Below, piece after piece: positions 37,540-51,495 of a DNA stretch of 64,000 bases (position 1 is its first letter; the number at the start of each line of letters is the position of its first letter). The position numbers and the translations under genes are program-made. Origin of the DNA: Eledone cirrhosa (Eukaryota); contig OZ024750.1 in the NCBI GenBank assembly GCA_964016885.1, forward strand, positions 34,782,001 to 34,846,000, written 5' to 3'. The notes below the pieces were generated by a model. That model saw only the letters and a list, made by a program, of their open reading frames with translations, was not told the DNA's origin and made no database searches.

Positions 37540-37850
37540 AATATAATAATGAAATTATTGTGTAAAGTGCTCAGGTGCACTACAACTCGTCAAAGGTGTA
37601 TGTATAGTACATAGAATAATACACAAATGTCAGGGAAGTGAACAGTGTCATGGTATACATGTGTGTATGTGTATGGAGGGGGAACATTAGCTGTAGTGTT
37701 GGCGGATCTTGAGAAGCATGGAGGCCTTAAAGGATGCAGTGTCTCGAAAGTTAACAACTGATGAAGGTAATTTGTTCTATGGAGGTTTTAAAGGATGCAG
37801 TGTCTCGACAGCTAACAACTGATGAAGGTAGTTTGTTCCATGCTTCAGTA
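37540..37850 (-). mobile_element. CR1/L2-type LINE 3' end (copy of 940-1180)
   Basis: High similarity to 940-1180, with an internal ~59-bp duplication. Confidence 0.7.
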
Positions 37851-38087
37851 TAGCAAAACATAGATACACGAATCTTGAGAATCTCTTTGTTCTCTCTAGC
37901 TTTAAAGGAATGAAATTTATGTTGGAGATTGATTAAATCTATTTATTTAGATTTTATTTTGAGATATCAATTTTCCCAAATATTTTGAAGAATTTATTAT
38001 GAAAGGTAAGAAGCAGTTCTGGGCAAAGACGTTAAACTGATATGGTTTGGTTTTCAGTATTGAATCCCTTGCCCTTTACTCTCTCTC

Positions 38088-38885
38088 ATGCATCAGCATC
38101 ACTGTCATCATTATCACCATTGTCATCACCATTGTCATCACCATCATTATCACCATCATCATCATCATCATCATTATCACCATCATCATCATCATTGTCA
38201 TCATCACCACCACCATCATCATCACCACCACCACCATCATCACCACCACCGCCACCACCACCATCATCACCACCACCACCACCACCATCATCACCACCAC
38301 CTCCATCATCATCACCACCACCTCCATCATCACCACCACCACCACCATCATCACCACCAACATTACCACCATCACCATCATTACCACCATCACCATCATC
38401 ACCATCACCACCATCATCACCACCACCACCATCATCATCACCACCACCACCACCATCACCACCACCACCATCATCACCACCACCAACATCACCACCACCA
38501 CCACCACCACCACCACCACCACCACCACCACCACCACCACCACCACTAACACCACCACCACCACCACCACCACCACCACCATCACCACCACCACTATCAC
38601 CACCTCCATCACCACCATTATCACCACCACCACCACACCACCACCATCATCACCACCATCACCACCATCATTACCACCACCACCACCATCATCACCACCA
38701 CCACCACCACTACCACCACCACCACCATCACCACCACCACCACCACCATCACCACCACCACCATCACCACCACCACCACCACCACCATCATCACCACCAT
38801 CATCACCACCACCACCACCACCACCACCATCACCACCACCACCATCACCACCACCACCATCACCACCACCACCACCACCACCACT
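38088..38885. repeat. (CAT/CAC)n compound microsatellite
   Basis: Direct reading. (CAA)n follows at 38998-39125. Confidence 0.95.
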
Positions 38886-39027
38886 CTTTCTTTTAAATCC
38901 TCTCTCCACGAGGGGGAGAAATTATTTAATATTTTCAAAGAGAGATGTTTTAGACTTGAGTGATACTCTAAAAACGAAAAAGGTAAAATATTAACAAACA
39001 ACAACATAACAACAACAACACAACAAT

Positions 39028-39103
<76 letters not shown>

Positions 39104-39360
39104 TAACAACAACAACAACAACAATAATAATAGTAATATACCTTGAAAATTAAATATTGCTAAAAATAATTGCTGGACATGTAAATTTAATCAATTTTCT
39201 CCGAATTATAATGGATAGATGATAGTGAATCTTTTAAAGAGTCAAAATAAAATATTATATAAAAAAAAGCCTAGTCAACTTATTGAAGATGTATTGATCT
39301 GGAGATTTAGAATTATTGCAACAAACTGTGTAGAATGTAGCAGTATTAATATCTACTACA

Positions 39361-42300
39361 TTGGTGGTGGTGGTGGTGGTGGATAGTGTCATACTGGTGG
39401 TGGTGGTGGTGGTGGTGGGGTAGTGTGTACTGTTGGTGGTGGTGGTGGGGTAGTGTGTACTGTTGGTGGTGGTGGTGGGGGTAGTGTCATACTGTTGGTG
39501 GTGGTGATGGTAGTGTCATCACTGTTGTTGTTGTTGTTGTTGGTGGTGGTGGTGTCATCACTGTTGGTGGTGGTAGTGTCATCACTGTTGGTGGTGGTGA
39601 TGGTAGTGTCATCACTGTTGGTGGTGGTGGTGGTGGTGGTAGTGTCATCACTGTTGGTGGTGGTAGTGTCATCACTGTTGGTGGTGGTAGTGTCATCACT
39701 GTTGTTGTTGTTGTTGTTGGTGGTGGTGGTGTCATCACTGTTGGTGGTGGTAGTGTCATCACTGTTGGTGGTGGTGGTGGTAGTGTCATCACTGTTGTTG
39801 GTGGTGGTGGTGATGGTAGTGTCATCACTGTTGGTGGTGGTGATGGTAGTGTCATCACTGTTGGTGGTGGTGATGGTAGTGTCATCACTGTTGTTGGTGG
39901 TGGTGGTGGTGGTAGTGTCATCACTGTTGGTGGTGGTAGTGTCATCACTGTTGGTGGTGGTGATGGTAGTGTCATCACTGTTGGTGGTGGTGATGGTAGT
40001 GTCATCACTGTTGGTGGTGGTGATGGTAGTGTCATCACTGTTGGTGGTGGTGGTGGTAGTGTCATCACTGTTGGTGGTGGTAGTGCCATCACTGTTGGTG
40101 GTGGTGATGGTGGTGTCATCAGTGTTGTTGGTGGTGGTGGTGGTGGTAGTGTCATCACTGTTGGTGGTGGTAGTGTCATCACTGTTGGTGGTGGTGATGG
40201 TAGTGTCATCACTGTTGGTGGTGGTGATGGTAGTGTCATCACTGTTGGTGGTGGTGGTGGTAGTGTCATCACTGTTGGTGGTGGTAGTGCCATCACTGTT
40301 GGTGGTGGTGATGGTGGTGTCATCAGTGTTGTTGGTGGTGGTGGTGATGGTAGTGTCATCACTGTTGTTGGTGGTGGTGGTGGTGGTAGTGTCATCACTG
40401 TTGGTGGTGGTGATGGTAGTGTCATCACTGTTGGTGGTGGTGGTGGTGGTGGTAGTGTCATCACTGTTGGTGGTGGTGGTGGTGGTGGTAGTGTCATCAC
40501 TGTTGGTGGTGTTGGTGGTGGTGGTAGTGTCATCACTGTTGGTGGTGTTGGTGGTGGTGGTAGTGTCATCACTGTTGGTGGTGTTGGTGGTGGTGGTAGT
40601 GTCATCACTGTTGTTGTTGGTGGTGGTGGTGGTGGTGGTGTCATCACTGTTGGTGGTGGTAGTGTCATCACTGTTGGTGGTGTTGGTGGTGGTGGTGGTA
40701 GTGTCATCACTGTTGGTGGTGTTGGTGGTGGTGGTAGTGTCATCACTGTTGGTGGTGTTGGTGGTGGTGGTGGTAGTGTCATCACTGTTGGTGGTGTTGG
40801 TGGTGGTGGTAGTGTCATCACTGTTGGTGGTGTTGGTGGTGGTGGTAGTGTCATCACTGTTGTTGGTGGCGGTGGTGCTGGTAGTGTCATCACTGTTGGT
40901 GGTGGTGATGGTAGTGTCATCACTGTTGGTGGTGGTAGTGTCATCACTGTTGGTGGTGTTGGTGGTGGTGGTAGTGTCATCACTGTTGGTGGTGTTGGTG
41001 GTGGTGGTAGTGTCATCACTGTTGGTGGTGGTGGTGGTAGTGTCATCACTGTTGTTGGTGGTGATGGTAGTGTCATCACTGTTGGTGGTGTTGGTGGTGG
41101 TGGTAGTGTCATCACTGTTGGTGGTGGTGGTAGTGTCATCACTGTTGTTGGTGGTGATGGTAGTGTCATCACTGTTGGTGATGGTAGTGTCATCACTGTT
41201 GGTGGTGGTGGTGTCATCACTGTTGGTGGTGGTGGTGGTGGTGGTAGTGTCATCACTGTTGGTGGTGGTAGTGTCATCACTGTTGTTGGTGGTGATGGTA
41301 GTGTCATCACTGTTGGTGATGGTAGTGTCATCACTGTTGGTGGTGGTGGTGTCATCACTGTTGGTGGTGGTGGTGGTGGTGGTAGTGTCATCACTGTTGG
41401 TGGTGGTGGTGGTGGTGGTAGTGTCATCACTGTTGTTGGTGGTGGTGGTGGTGGTAGTGTCATCACTGTTGGTGGTGGTGGTGGTGGTGGTAGTGTCATC
41501 ACTGTTGGTGGTGGTGGTAGTGTCATCACTGTTGTTGGTGGTGATGGTAGTGTCATCACTGTTGGTGATGGTAGTGTCATCACTGTTGGTGGTGGTGGTG
41601 TCATCACTGTTGGTGGTGGTGGTGGTGGTGGTAGTGTCATCACTGTTGGTGGTGGTGGTGGTGGTGGTAGTGTCATCACTGTTGTTGGTGGTGGTGGTGG
41701 TGGTAGTGTCATCACTGTTGGTGGTGGTGGTGGTGGTGGTAGTGTCATCACTGTTGTTGGTGGTGGTGGTGGTGGTAGTGTCATCACTGTTGGTGGTGGT
41801 GGTGGTAGTGTCATCACTGTTGTTGGTGGTGGTGGTGGTGGTAGTGTCATCACTGTTGGTGGTGGTGGTGGTAGTGTCATCACTGTTGTTGGTGGTGGTG
41901 GTGGTGGTAGTGTCATCACTGTTGGTGGTGGTGGTGGTGGTGGTAGTGTCATCACTGTTGGTGGTGGTAGTGTCATCACTGTTGGTGGTGGTGGTGGTGA
42001 TGGTAGTGTCATCACTGTTGGTGGTGTTGGTGGTGGTGGTAGTGTCATCACTGTTGGTGGTGGTGGTGGTAGTGTCATCACTGTTGTTGGTGGTGGTGGT
42101 GATGGTAGTGTCATCACTGTTGGTGGTGGTAGTGTCATCACTGTTGGTGATGGTAGTGTCATCACTGTTGGTGGTGGTGGTGTCATCACTGTTGGTGGTG
42201 GTGATGGTAGTGTCATCACTGTTGGTGGTGGTAGTGTCATCACTGTTGGTGGTGGTGGTGGTGATGGTAGTGTCATCACTGTTGGTGGTGTTGGTGGTGG

Positions 42301-45160
42301 TGGTAGTGTCATCACTGTTGGTGGTGGTGGTGGTAGTGTCATCACTGTTGTTGGTGGTGGTGGTGATGGTAGTGTCATCACTGTTGGTGGTGGTAGTGTC
42401 ATCACTGTTGGTGATGGTAGTGTCATCACTGTTGGTGGTGGTGGTGTCATCACTGTTGGTGGTGGTGATGGTAGTGTCATCACTGTTGGTGGTGTTGGTG
42501 GTGGTGGTAGTGTCATCACTGTTGTTGTTGGTGGTGGTGGTGGTAGTGTCATCACTGTTGGTGGTGGTGGTGGTAGTGTCATCACTGTTGTTGGTGGTGG
42601 TGGTGGTGGTAATGTCATCACTGTTGGTGGTGGTGATGGTAGTGTCATCACTGTTGTTGGTGGTGGTGGTGATGGTAGTGTCATCACTGTTGGTGGTGGT
42701 GGTGGTGATGGTAGTGTCATCACTGTTGGTGGTGGTGGTGGTGGTGGTAGTGTCATCACTGTTGGTGGTGGTAGTGTCATCACTGTTGGTGGTGGTGGTG
42801 GTAGTGTCATCACTGTTGGTGGTGGTGATGGTAGTGTCATCACTGTTGTTGGTGGTGGTGGTGGTGGTAGTGTCATCACTGTTGTTGGTGGTGGTGGTGA
42901 TGGTAGTGTCATCACTGTTGGTGGTGGTAGTGTCATCACTGTTGGTGGTGGTGGTGGTGATGGTAGTGTCATCACTGTTGGTGATGGTAGTGTCATCACT
43001 GTTGGTGGTGGTGGTGGTGATGGTAGTGTCATCACTGTTGGTGATGGTAGTGTCATCACTGTTGGTGGTGGTGGTGGTGGTGGTAGTGTCATCACTGTTG
43101 GTGGTGGTAGTGTCATCACTGTTGGTGGTGTTGGTGGTGGTGTTGGTGGTGGTGTCATCACTGTTGGTGGTGGTGGTGGTGATGGTAGTCTCATCACTGT
43201 TGGTGGTGGTGATGGTAGTGTCATCACTGTTGGTGGTGGTGGTAGTGTCATCACTGTTGGTGGTAGTGATGGTAGTGTCATCACTGTTGGTGGTGGTAGT
43301 GTCATCACTGTTGGTGGTGGTGATGGTAGTGTCATCACTGTTGATGGTGGTAGTGTCATCACTGTTGGTGGTGGTGGTGGTGGTGGTAGTGTCATCACTG
43401 GTTGGTGGTGGTAGTGTCATCACTGTTGGTGGTGGTGGTGGTAGTGTCATCACTGTTGGTGGTGGTGGTGGTGGTGGTAGTGTCATCACTGGTTGGTGGT
43501 GGTAGCGTCATCACTGTTGGTGGTGGTGGTGGTGGTGGTAGTGTCATCACTGGTTGGTGGTGGTAGTGTCATCACTGTTGTTGTTGGTGGTGGTGGTGGT
43601 AGTGTCATCACTGTTGGTGGTGGTGGTGGTGATGGTAGTGTCATCACTGTTGGTGGTGGTGATGGTAGTGTCATCACTGTTGGTGGTGGTGATGGTAGTG
43701 TCATCACTGTTGGTGGTGTTGGTGGTGGTGGTAGTGTCATCACTGTTGGTGGTGGTGATGGTAGTGTCATCACTGTTGGTGGTGGTGGTGGTGATGGTAG
43801 TGTCATCACTGTTGGTGGTGGTGGTGGTGATGGTAGTGTCATCACTGTTGGTGGTGTTGGTGGTGGTGGTAGTGTCATCACTGTTGGTGGTGGTGATGGT
43901 AGTGTCATCACTGTTGGTGGTGGTGGTGGTGATGGTAGTGTCATCACTGTTGGTGGTGGTGATGGTAGTGTCATCACTGTTGGTGGTGGTGATGGTAGTG
44001 TCATCACTGTTGGTGGTGTTGGTGGTGGTGGTAGTGTCATCACTGTTGGTGGTGGTGATGGTAGTGTCATCACTGTTGGTGGTGGTGGTGGTGGTAGTGT
44101 CATCACTGTTGGTGGTGGTGGTGGTGATGGTAGTGTCATCACTGTTGGTGGTGTTGGTGGTGGTGGTAGTGTCATCACTGTTGGTGGTGGTGATGGTAGT
44201 GTCATCACTGTTGGTGGTGTTGGTGGTGGAGGTAGTGTCATCACTGTTGGTGGTGGTGGTGGTGGTGGTAGTGTCATCACTGTTGGTGGTGTTGGTGGTG
44301 GAGGTAGTGTCATCACTGTTGGTGGTGGTGATGGTGGAGGTAGTGTCATCACTGTTGTTGTTGGTGGTGGTGGTGGTAGTGTCATCACTGTTGGTGGTGG
44401 TGGTGGTGATGGTAGTGTCATCACTGTTGGTGGTGTTGGTGGTGGTGGTAGTGTCATCACTGTTGTTGGTGGTGATGGTAGTTTCATCACTGTTGGTGGT
44501 GGTGGTGGTGGTGGTGGTGGTGTCATCACTGTTGGTGGTGGTGATGGTAGTGTCATCACTGTTGTTGTTGGTGGTGGTGGTGGTAGTGTCATCACTGTTG
44601 GTGGTGGTGGTGGTGATGGTAGTGTCATCACTGTTGGTGGTGGTGATGGTAGTGTCATCACTGTTGTTGTTGGTGGTGGTGGTGGTAGTGTCATCACTGT
44701 TGGTGGTGGTGGTGGTGGTGGTGGTGATGGTAGTGTCATCACTGTTGGTGGTGTTGGTGGTGGTGGTAGTGTCATCACTGTTGTTGGTGGTGATGGTAGT
44801 GTCATCACTGTTGGTGGTGGTGGTGGTGGTGGTGGTGTCATCACTGTTGGTGGTGGTGATGGTAGTGTCATCACTGTTGGTGGTGTTGGTGGTGGTGGTA
44901 GTGTCATCACTGTTGGTGGTGGTGGTGGTGGTGGTGGTGATGGTAGTGTCATCACTGTTGGTGGTGGTGGTGGTGGTGTCATCACTGTTGGTGGTGGTAG
45001 TGTCATCACTGTTGGTGGTGGTGATGGTGGTGTCATCAGTGTTGTTGGTGGTGGTGGTGTCATCAGTGTTGTTGGTGGTGGTGGTGGTGTCATCACCGTT
45101 GGTGGTGGTGTCACCACTGTTGGTGGTGGTGGTGGTGCTGTTGGGGTGGGTGGTAGTGTC
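39361..45160. repeat. 5.8-kb compound array: GTAGTGTCATCACTGTT anchor plus variable (GGT/GTT/GAT)n spacer
   Basis: Well over 150 anchor-spacer units. Length variation is almost entirely in triplets. Confidence 0.97.
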
Positions 45161-45499
45161 ATCATCATCCCCTTCATCATCACCATCATTGCCACCATTG
45201 TTACCTCATCATCCTCCTCCTCCTCCTCATCATCATCATCATCCTCATCATGGCTATCATCATCATCATCCTCATCATTATTATCACCATTATCGATAAA
45301 ATAAAGTACCAGTAATGCACTGGGTAATTGCTGGCCTTGTGCCAAACGTAGAAACAATTATTATCACCATTATCATTTTTATCATATTTACAGTCAGTAG
45401 GCATCTCTAACAAAATACACCCGTCCCACCACCCCCACCCCATCCACACCACCCCTTCCAATGTAAAGTTATGTTGGTGCTACACCATCCAGCCCGAAA

Positions 45500-45958
45500 C
45501 AAATGAGGTTGTGTAGGTGTCATGACAAAAAAAACACACAGTCCACGCTGTAATGTGGCCGTGTAGGCAACATGGTAAAAACCTCCCAGCCCCACACTGT
45601 AAATGTGGTTGGTGTTAGGAAGGGCATCCAGCTGTAGAAAACCCGCCAGACAGTCCTATGCGAGCAAGACAACCACTCTTGCCTCAAGTGGGAAAACTCC
45701 TGTCCAAACCCATGCAAGCGTGGAATATGGACGTTAAACGATGATGATGATGATGATGATGATGATTTAGGGCGGTGGATTGGCAGTATCAGTAGAGGGT
45801 CGGACGCCATGCTTTCCAGCATAGTTACGTCCCTTTACGATCTGAGTTCAAATCCCGCCGAGGTTGACTTTGCCGTTCATCCTTACGGGGTCGATAAAAT
45901 AAAGTACCAGTAATGAACTGGGTAATTGCTGGCCTTGTGCCTAAAGTAGAAACAATTA
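45500..45958 (+). mobile_element. Truncated family B-related SINE followed by a full family A SINE
   Basis: GGACGTTAAACG(ATG)n tail at ~45730-45765, then a GGCGGTGGATTGGCAG head at ~45771. Confidence 0.85.
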
Positions 45959-46886
45959 TCACTTTTATCATCCTTATCATCTACACAGGTGTAATTTGAG
46001 GGAGATTTGGTTGTTATGTCTTGCAGTATAAATAACTTGTATAGAGGCACTCTCGTTGATTTGTTTTGTTTAAGAATGAGTTTATGTGACAAACATAAAA
46101 AAAAATTATATTAAACTTTTGATATTTTCCTAATAGGTTTCAATGAAAATGTTTTGTGAGTTACAGCAAAGCAAGTCTCCAAATATTTACCATTAAAATC
46201 TCCTAATTGGTTCCATTTTACTCGCTGTAACAGTATCAATGGCCACCTAATTTTCCATTTTCTTTTCAGTCCATTAGTGTTTCATGGAATTTTTTTTTTT
46301 TTCCTTTATTATTTATTTTGCCTTTACTATAAACAGACTACCATAGTCTTTTGTATTTAATGCTTAGTTATTTGAAGATAGATGGCTGCGTTGAGTAGTA
46401 CTGCTATGGATAAAAATAAAAGAAAAGAAAAAGGTCAGATAATTAAAATGTTCAAAATAAATGTTTAAATAAGGAATACAGATCCTCTTCTAAATATGAC
46501 AATTTCCCCCTATATGAAGAGCTATAAGGACATTGAACAATAGTAGGTATAATAAACTAATAAATTCGGAAAATAACTCTGCAACGTTGATTTAGTCCCA
46601 GATCTCTTGCAATTAATTGTATTAACTATGATGTATTCAGAAACTCGTTAAGCACTCATTACAACATATAAATGGTTTGAGAGAAAATTCTGTATAAAAG
46701 AATTTCTATTTGATGAAATTAAATTAAAATATCACAAAACTAATCTTCAGATATTAAATTCTTTTAACCTATTGATCAAATATTAATTGATTTCTGAGGG
46801 TTTTTAAGATAATAGAAAAATTAATCAGTTAAATACGGACACATGGTTTTGGAAAAGATGTTAAAGTTCCAAGGAGTGCATGATCC

Positions 46887-47050
46887 CAACATTATACAAG
46901 AATGGTATTCTTGTACAAAGCCTGAGTCTGTTAGATATACAACATTATATCAGAATGGTATTCTTGTACAAAGCCTGAGTCTCTTAGATATACAACATTA
47001 TATAAGAATGGTATTCTTGTACAAAGCCTGAGTCTCTTAGATATACAACA
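46887..47050. repeat. 53-bp tandem repeat x3
   Basis: Units start at 46887, 46940 and 46993. Confidence 0.9.
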
Positions 47051-48381
47051 CAATCAATATCAGCTTTGGTGGATCTTGCTGATTAAGCAAATCATTTTGT
47101 ATTTGGATATACTGAAGTGATTTTTCTGTTTTTTTTCTTATTATTTTTTCTTTCTTTCTTTCTTTGTTTATTTATTTATTTTTTTAGCTATGTTGGAAGA
47201 TTTGTTATCAGCAATGTTAACCAATGAAAGTGTGCTCCCAGCAGTGACAGACAGATCTTATTACATGATACTAGAAAGATGGAGACCAATAAGTTAAGTG
47301 TTTTCCTTAGAGACATCATCAGAAGAAATCAATCAACTGTGACTTTAATATATTAAAGAATGGTAAAGCTAAAATTATTGTCACAGTCCCCCAAATTAAA
47401 TCAAACAGCAATCACTTCATTTTATACAGAAAAACCATCAAAGTGGTTACTTCTTATTTTAAGACAAAGAGACACAAAAATAGCATCTCCTAAAAATATT
47501 CTAGAAAACATCAGCATTTTTGTTTTTGTGTTCTTACTTATTTGCTGAGTTCCTGGTTCATTTCCTAAACTGCAGATATTGGAATACACCAATAATTTGA
47601 TGTACTGTCAGTTGCAATTTCTATAGATGGCATCGTCTATCTTGGAATACACCAATAGTTTGATCTGTCAGTTACAATTTCTATACAATACATCGTCTAT
47701 CTTGGAATACACCAATAGTTAGTCTCTCAATCACAATTTATACAATACATTGTCAATCTTGGAGTACATCACTAGTTAGTTCTGTCTATCAGTCACAATC
47801 TCTGTAGAAAGCACAGTCTATCTTGGAATACATCAATAGTTAGTTCTGTCTATCAGAACCATCTCAAAGCAACTTAGATCTGAATTACTGTTGACAAAAG
47901 TTTACTTCTGAAGAGTTGTGACATAGCTTTAATACTTAAAGCTATGTCACATTCCCTTATTCTTAACATCCTGTAACGATTTAATAGAAAATATCTAAAA
48001 ACAGTTGTTAGTTCAAATGATTATATTATCTTTCCTAGTAGACAGATTATTGTGAACATTTGTAGTATTAATTCTTAACATCCTGTAAGGATTTTGTAGA
48101 AAATAACTAAAAACATGTTTGTTAATTCAAATATCATTTTCATTAATTGATCAACTGTTGTGAACGTTTGCAGTATTAACTCTTAACCTCCTGTAATCAT
48201 TATGTGGAAAATATCTAAAACAGGTTTGTTAATGCAAATGTTTATAGTATCTTTACTATTAGACTGATTGTGAATATTTGCAGTTTAACTATTTGTTTAT
48301 AGTATCTTTATCAGTTCACAGATTGTTGTGAAAAAAGAGGTAAGATTAGACTAGAGACTTTAATTTTTAATGCAATACAGA

Positions 48382-49273
48382 CAGAGTCATAACTAGGGAA
48401 AATAGCACCTATGGCAAGCAGTGAAATTATGCCCCAGCCCAGCTCTGTATTTTTACCTATGGGCCTAATAATTTATATATAAAACTGAGGATGTCTGTCT
48501 GTGTGTGTGTGTGTCTGTGAGTTTGAATCCCTAAAACTCGAGAAGTACCCAACTGATTTCTTTCAAACTTTACATGTGTATTACTTAGAATTCAACCTTT
48601 TGATCCCCTAGGGCCCGCATTAGGTGAAAAACTGTGTTTTTTAAGCTTTTTAGGGATTTTTTGAGGCATTACGTCAGACAGATATCCTTGAAATTGTAAC
48701 TATGTATTAGTCAGTCTCTTCTTCATACTGTGAGCAAAGAAAATCCTATTTTTTTATGGCCTAGGGCCCGCATTAGGTGAAACACTTCATTTTTTCAGCT
48801 TTTTAGGGCTCTTTTGAGGCGTTACGTCTAGCCGATTTTCTCAAAATTTCAAGGCTATTATGCACATAAAAAAAAATTCATTTTCTTGATCCCCTAGGTG
48901 AAAACCTGTATTTTCCCTGCTTCATCGAGGAAAATCTTAAAGATTATCCAACCATCAGAGTATTCGGTTTATTTTATTTACATATTGTCCAGGCATGCAG
49001 TTTTTCCACTATTAGGTCTGTTAAGCGGCCCGCGTTCCAAAATACCTTATCCCGTGCAACGCCGGTTACCACTGCTAGTAATTTATATAAATGGTTTAAT
49101 GATCAAGCCACCATAGTGTTCTCACCTATGATAATCAGAGACAGTTCATACATCTGAAGGAGTTTCTTTTTTCACTCTCCAACGAGGCATATTTGACTTT
49201 CATAGAACATGTTCCTAATCCAAGTGGCGCCCCCTTCATGTGGCACCCATGGCATACCCTAATTAAGCCTCTG
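48382..49273. mobile_element. hAT-like MITE
   Basis: TIRs CAGAGTCATAACTAGGG / CCCTAATTAAGCCTCTG. 8-bp flanks AATACAGA / AATACAAT. Confidence 0.65.
48472..49078 (+). mobile_element. Non-autonomous Helitron nested in the hAT-like MITE
   Basis: 5' T(T)TATATATAAAA followed by a GTCT/GT microsatellite. 3' GC-rich hairpin-like CCCGTGCAACGCCGG just before CTAG. A|T insertion site. Confidence 0.75.
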
Positions 49274-49808
49274 AATACAATCAATTATGCTAAAAATAAT
49301 GTGCATATCTAATTAATTAATTAGTTCTCAACATCATGTAATAATTTAGTAAGAAAGGATATATGTGTCTGTGGAATACTCAGCCACTTACTCTATAATA
49401 CAAGACGGACTGTACCTGTAATTCATGGAGCCAATCTTGTTAATACTGTCATGCTGAATCTCCCTGAGAATTACATTGAGTGCATATGTCTGTGGAATAC
49501 TCAGCCACATATAGAGTACTATAATATAGACTGCACCTGTAATTATAAAGATTCAGCCTTGTCACAACACTGTGTCATACTGAATCTCCCTGAGAACTAC
49601 ATTAAGAGTACATGTGGAATGTTGAACCACCTACACATTAATTTCATATATAATCTCTATCATTGATCAAACAACTGGAATACCTCAATCAATCATCTAA
49701 TCCACTAAACTTTGATGTCATTATTATCTCCAGGTATTTAGTTTTTCTGGATTTATTCCAAACTATCATTGTTCAATTTCTAGTTTAGATTATCATAATG
49801 TCCTTTAA

Positions 49809-50100
49809 CCCTTTAATGTTCAAACCAGCCAAAACCAGCCAGAATTCTCTACCTCTTTCTGTTCAAACCAGCTGTAACTGGTCACTCATAATGATGTTAA
49901 GGTATTGTTCTCAAAATAAATACTTTCAAAATCTCATAGATTCGATATTATGCAAGATAATTATGTCAGGTAAAGCCTTTACCATGAAAATACAATAGTA
50001 TATATAGAGTAATGTGAATGTTATGTGAGATATTATGTGAGGTAAAGCCTTTACCATGAAAATATAATAGTATATTTAGAGTAATGTGAATGCTAAAGGG
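49809..50100. mobile_element. piggyBac-like MITE with an internal ~72-bp duplication
   Basis: TTAA TSD, TIRs, duplicated GGTAAAGCCTTTACCATGAAAATA unit. Confidence 0.85.
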
Positions 50101-50350
50101 TTAACTAAATAACTATTGCTACAATCTTCTCACTGCTTAACCCTTTAGCATTCACATTACTCTATATATACTATTATATTTTCATGGTAAAGGGCCGTAG
50201 TATTATATAATGAAAGTATACATGAAATAAGTGTAGTAGTGTTTGTAGAACCTTGAAAAGGTAGAACCTTTAAAATGAAAGTGTATCGGTAATGGAACCA
50301 CTATTATGAAAGTATATAGGAGGTAAGTGTAGTTGTAGTGGAATATTTAA

Positions 50351-50643
50351 CCCTTTAGCATTTACATTACTCTATATATACTATTATATTTTCATGGTAA
50401 AGGCTTTACCTCACATAATTATCTCACATAACATTCACATTACTCTATATATACTATTATATTTTCATGGTAAAGGCTTTATCTCACATAATTATCTCAC
50501 ATAATATCGAATCTATGAGATTTTGAAAGAATTTATTTTGAGAACAATACCTTAACATCAGTTTGAGCGACCAGTTATAGCCAGTTTCAACAGAAAGAGG
50601 TAGAGAATTCTGGTCGGTTTTGGCTGGTTTGAACATTAAAGGG
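50351..50643. mobile_element. piggyBac-like MITE (opposite orientation) with the same internal duplication
   Basis: TTAA TSD and TIRs. Confidence 0.85.
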
Positions 50644-51324
50644 TTAAGATAAACTTATACTTCTAATATTTCTCACTGTGATGTTTGGTAGATATTGTAT
50701 ATATTGGTATATATTGGTAGATGTTGGTAGAGATGGTAGGTGTTGAATAGTTTGGCTTGAGATTGGTATATGTATATATTGGTTGTTACTTATATTGGTG
50801 GAGATTGGTAGATGTTGTATAGTTTGGTAGATATTGGCAGATGTATAGTTTGGTAGATATTGGTAGATGTTTATTTTGGTAGGGATAGTAGATGTATAGT
50901 TTGGTAGATGTTTGTAGAGATAGTAGATATTACATAATTTGGTAGATGTAGATGTGGCATAAATTCCTACTATGTGAGCTGTGAAAACCACATGGAAGTA
51001 TGGAGAAAATAGACGTTAAATGGTGATGATGTGATTAGTGAACAGTAACATCTATACGAGGTTAATTGTTGATTGTGTTTCTATCTAAAAACAGACTTAG
51101 TGGTTAGAGTGGTAGGTTCACAATTATGAGGTTGTGAGTTCAATTCCCTGATCAGGAGGTGTGCTGTGTTCTTGGGCAAGAGATTTTATTTCATGTTACT
51201 CCAGTTCACATGAGTTGCAATGTCACCAGTGCCAAGCTGTATTGGTCATTGCCTTTGGTTGACATCGGTGGTGTGGAGAGGGAAGCTTGGTGTGTATGTG
51301 CCGGTCTTCCACAAAAGCACCTTG

Positions 51325-51495
51325 TCTGGGTTTGTGTCAGGGTTTGTGTCTGGGTTTGTGTCTGGGTTTGTGCCTGGGTTTGTGCCTGGGTTTGTGTCGG
51401 AGTTTGTATCTGGGCTTGTGCCCAGGTTTGTACCTGGGTTTGTGCCTATGTTTGTGCCTGGGTTTGTAACTGGGCTTGTGCCTAGGTTTGTACCT
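51325..51495. repeat. 12-bp tandem repeat (GGGTTTGTGCCT) inside an old SINE tail
   Basis: About 14 units. SINE head at ~51095. Confidence 0.85.

Noticed and set aside
47189-47295. Exon-like stretch after a long pyrimidine tract (MLEDLLSAMLTNESVLPAV...)
   Set aside because: No recognisable homology or linked exon. Too weak to call without expression data.
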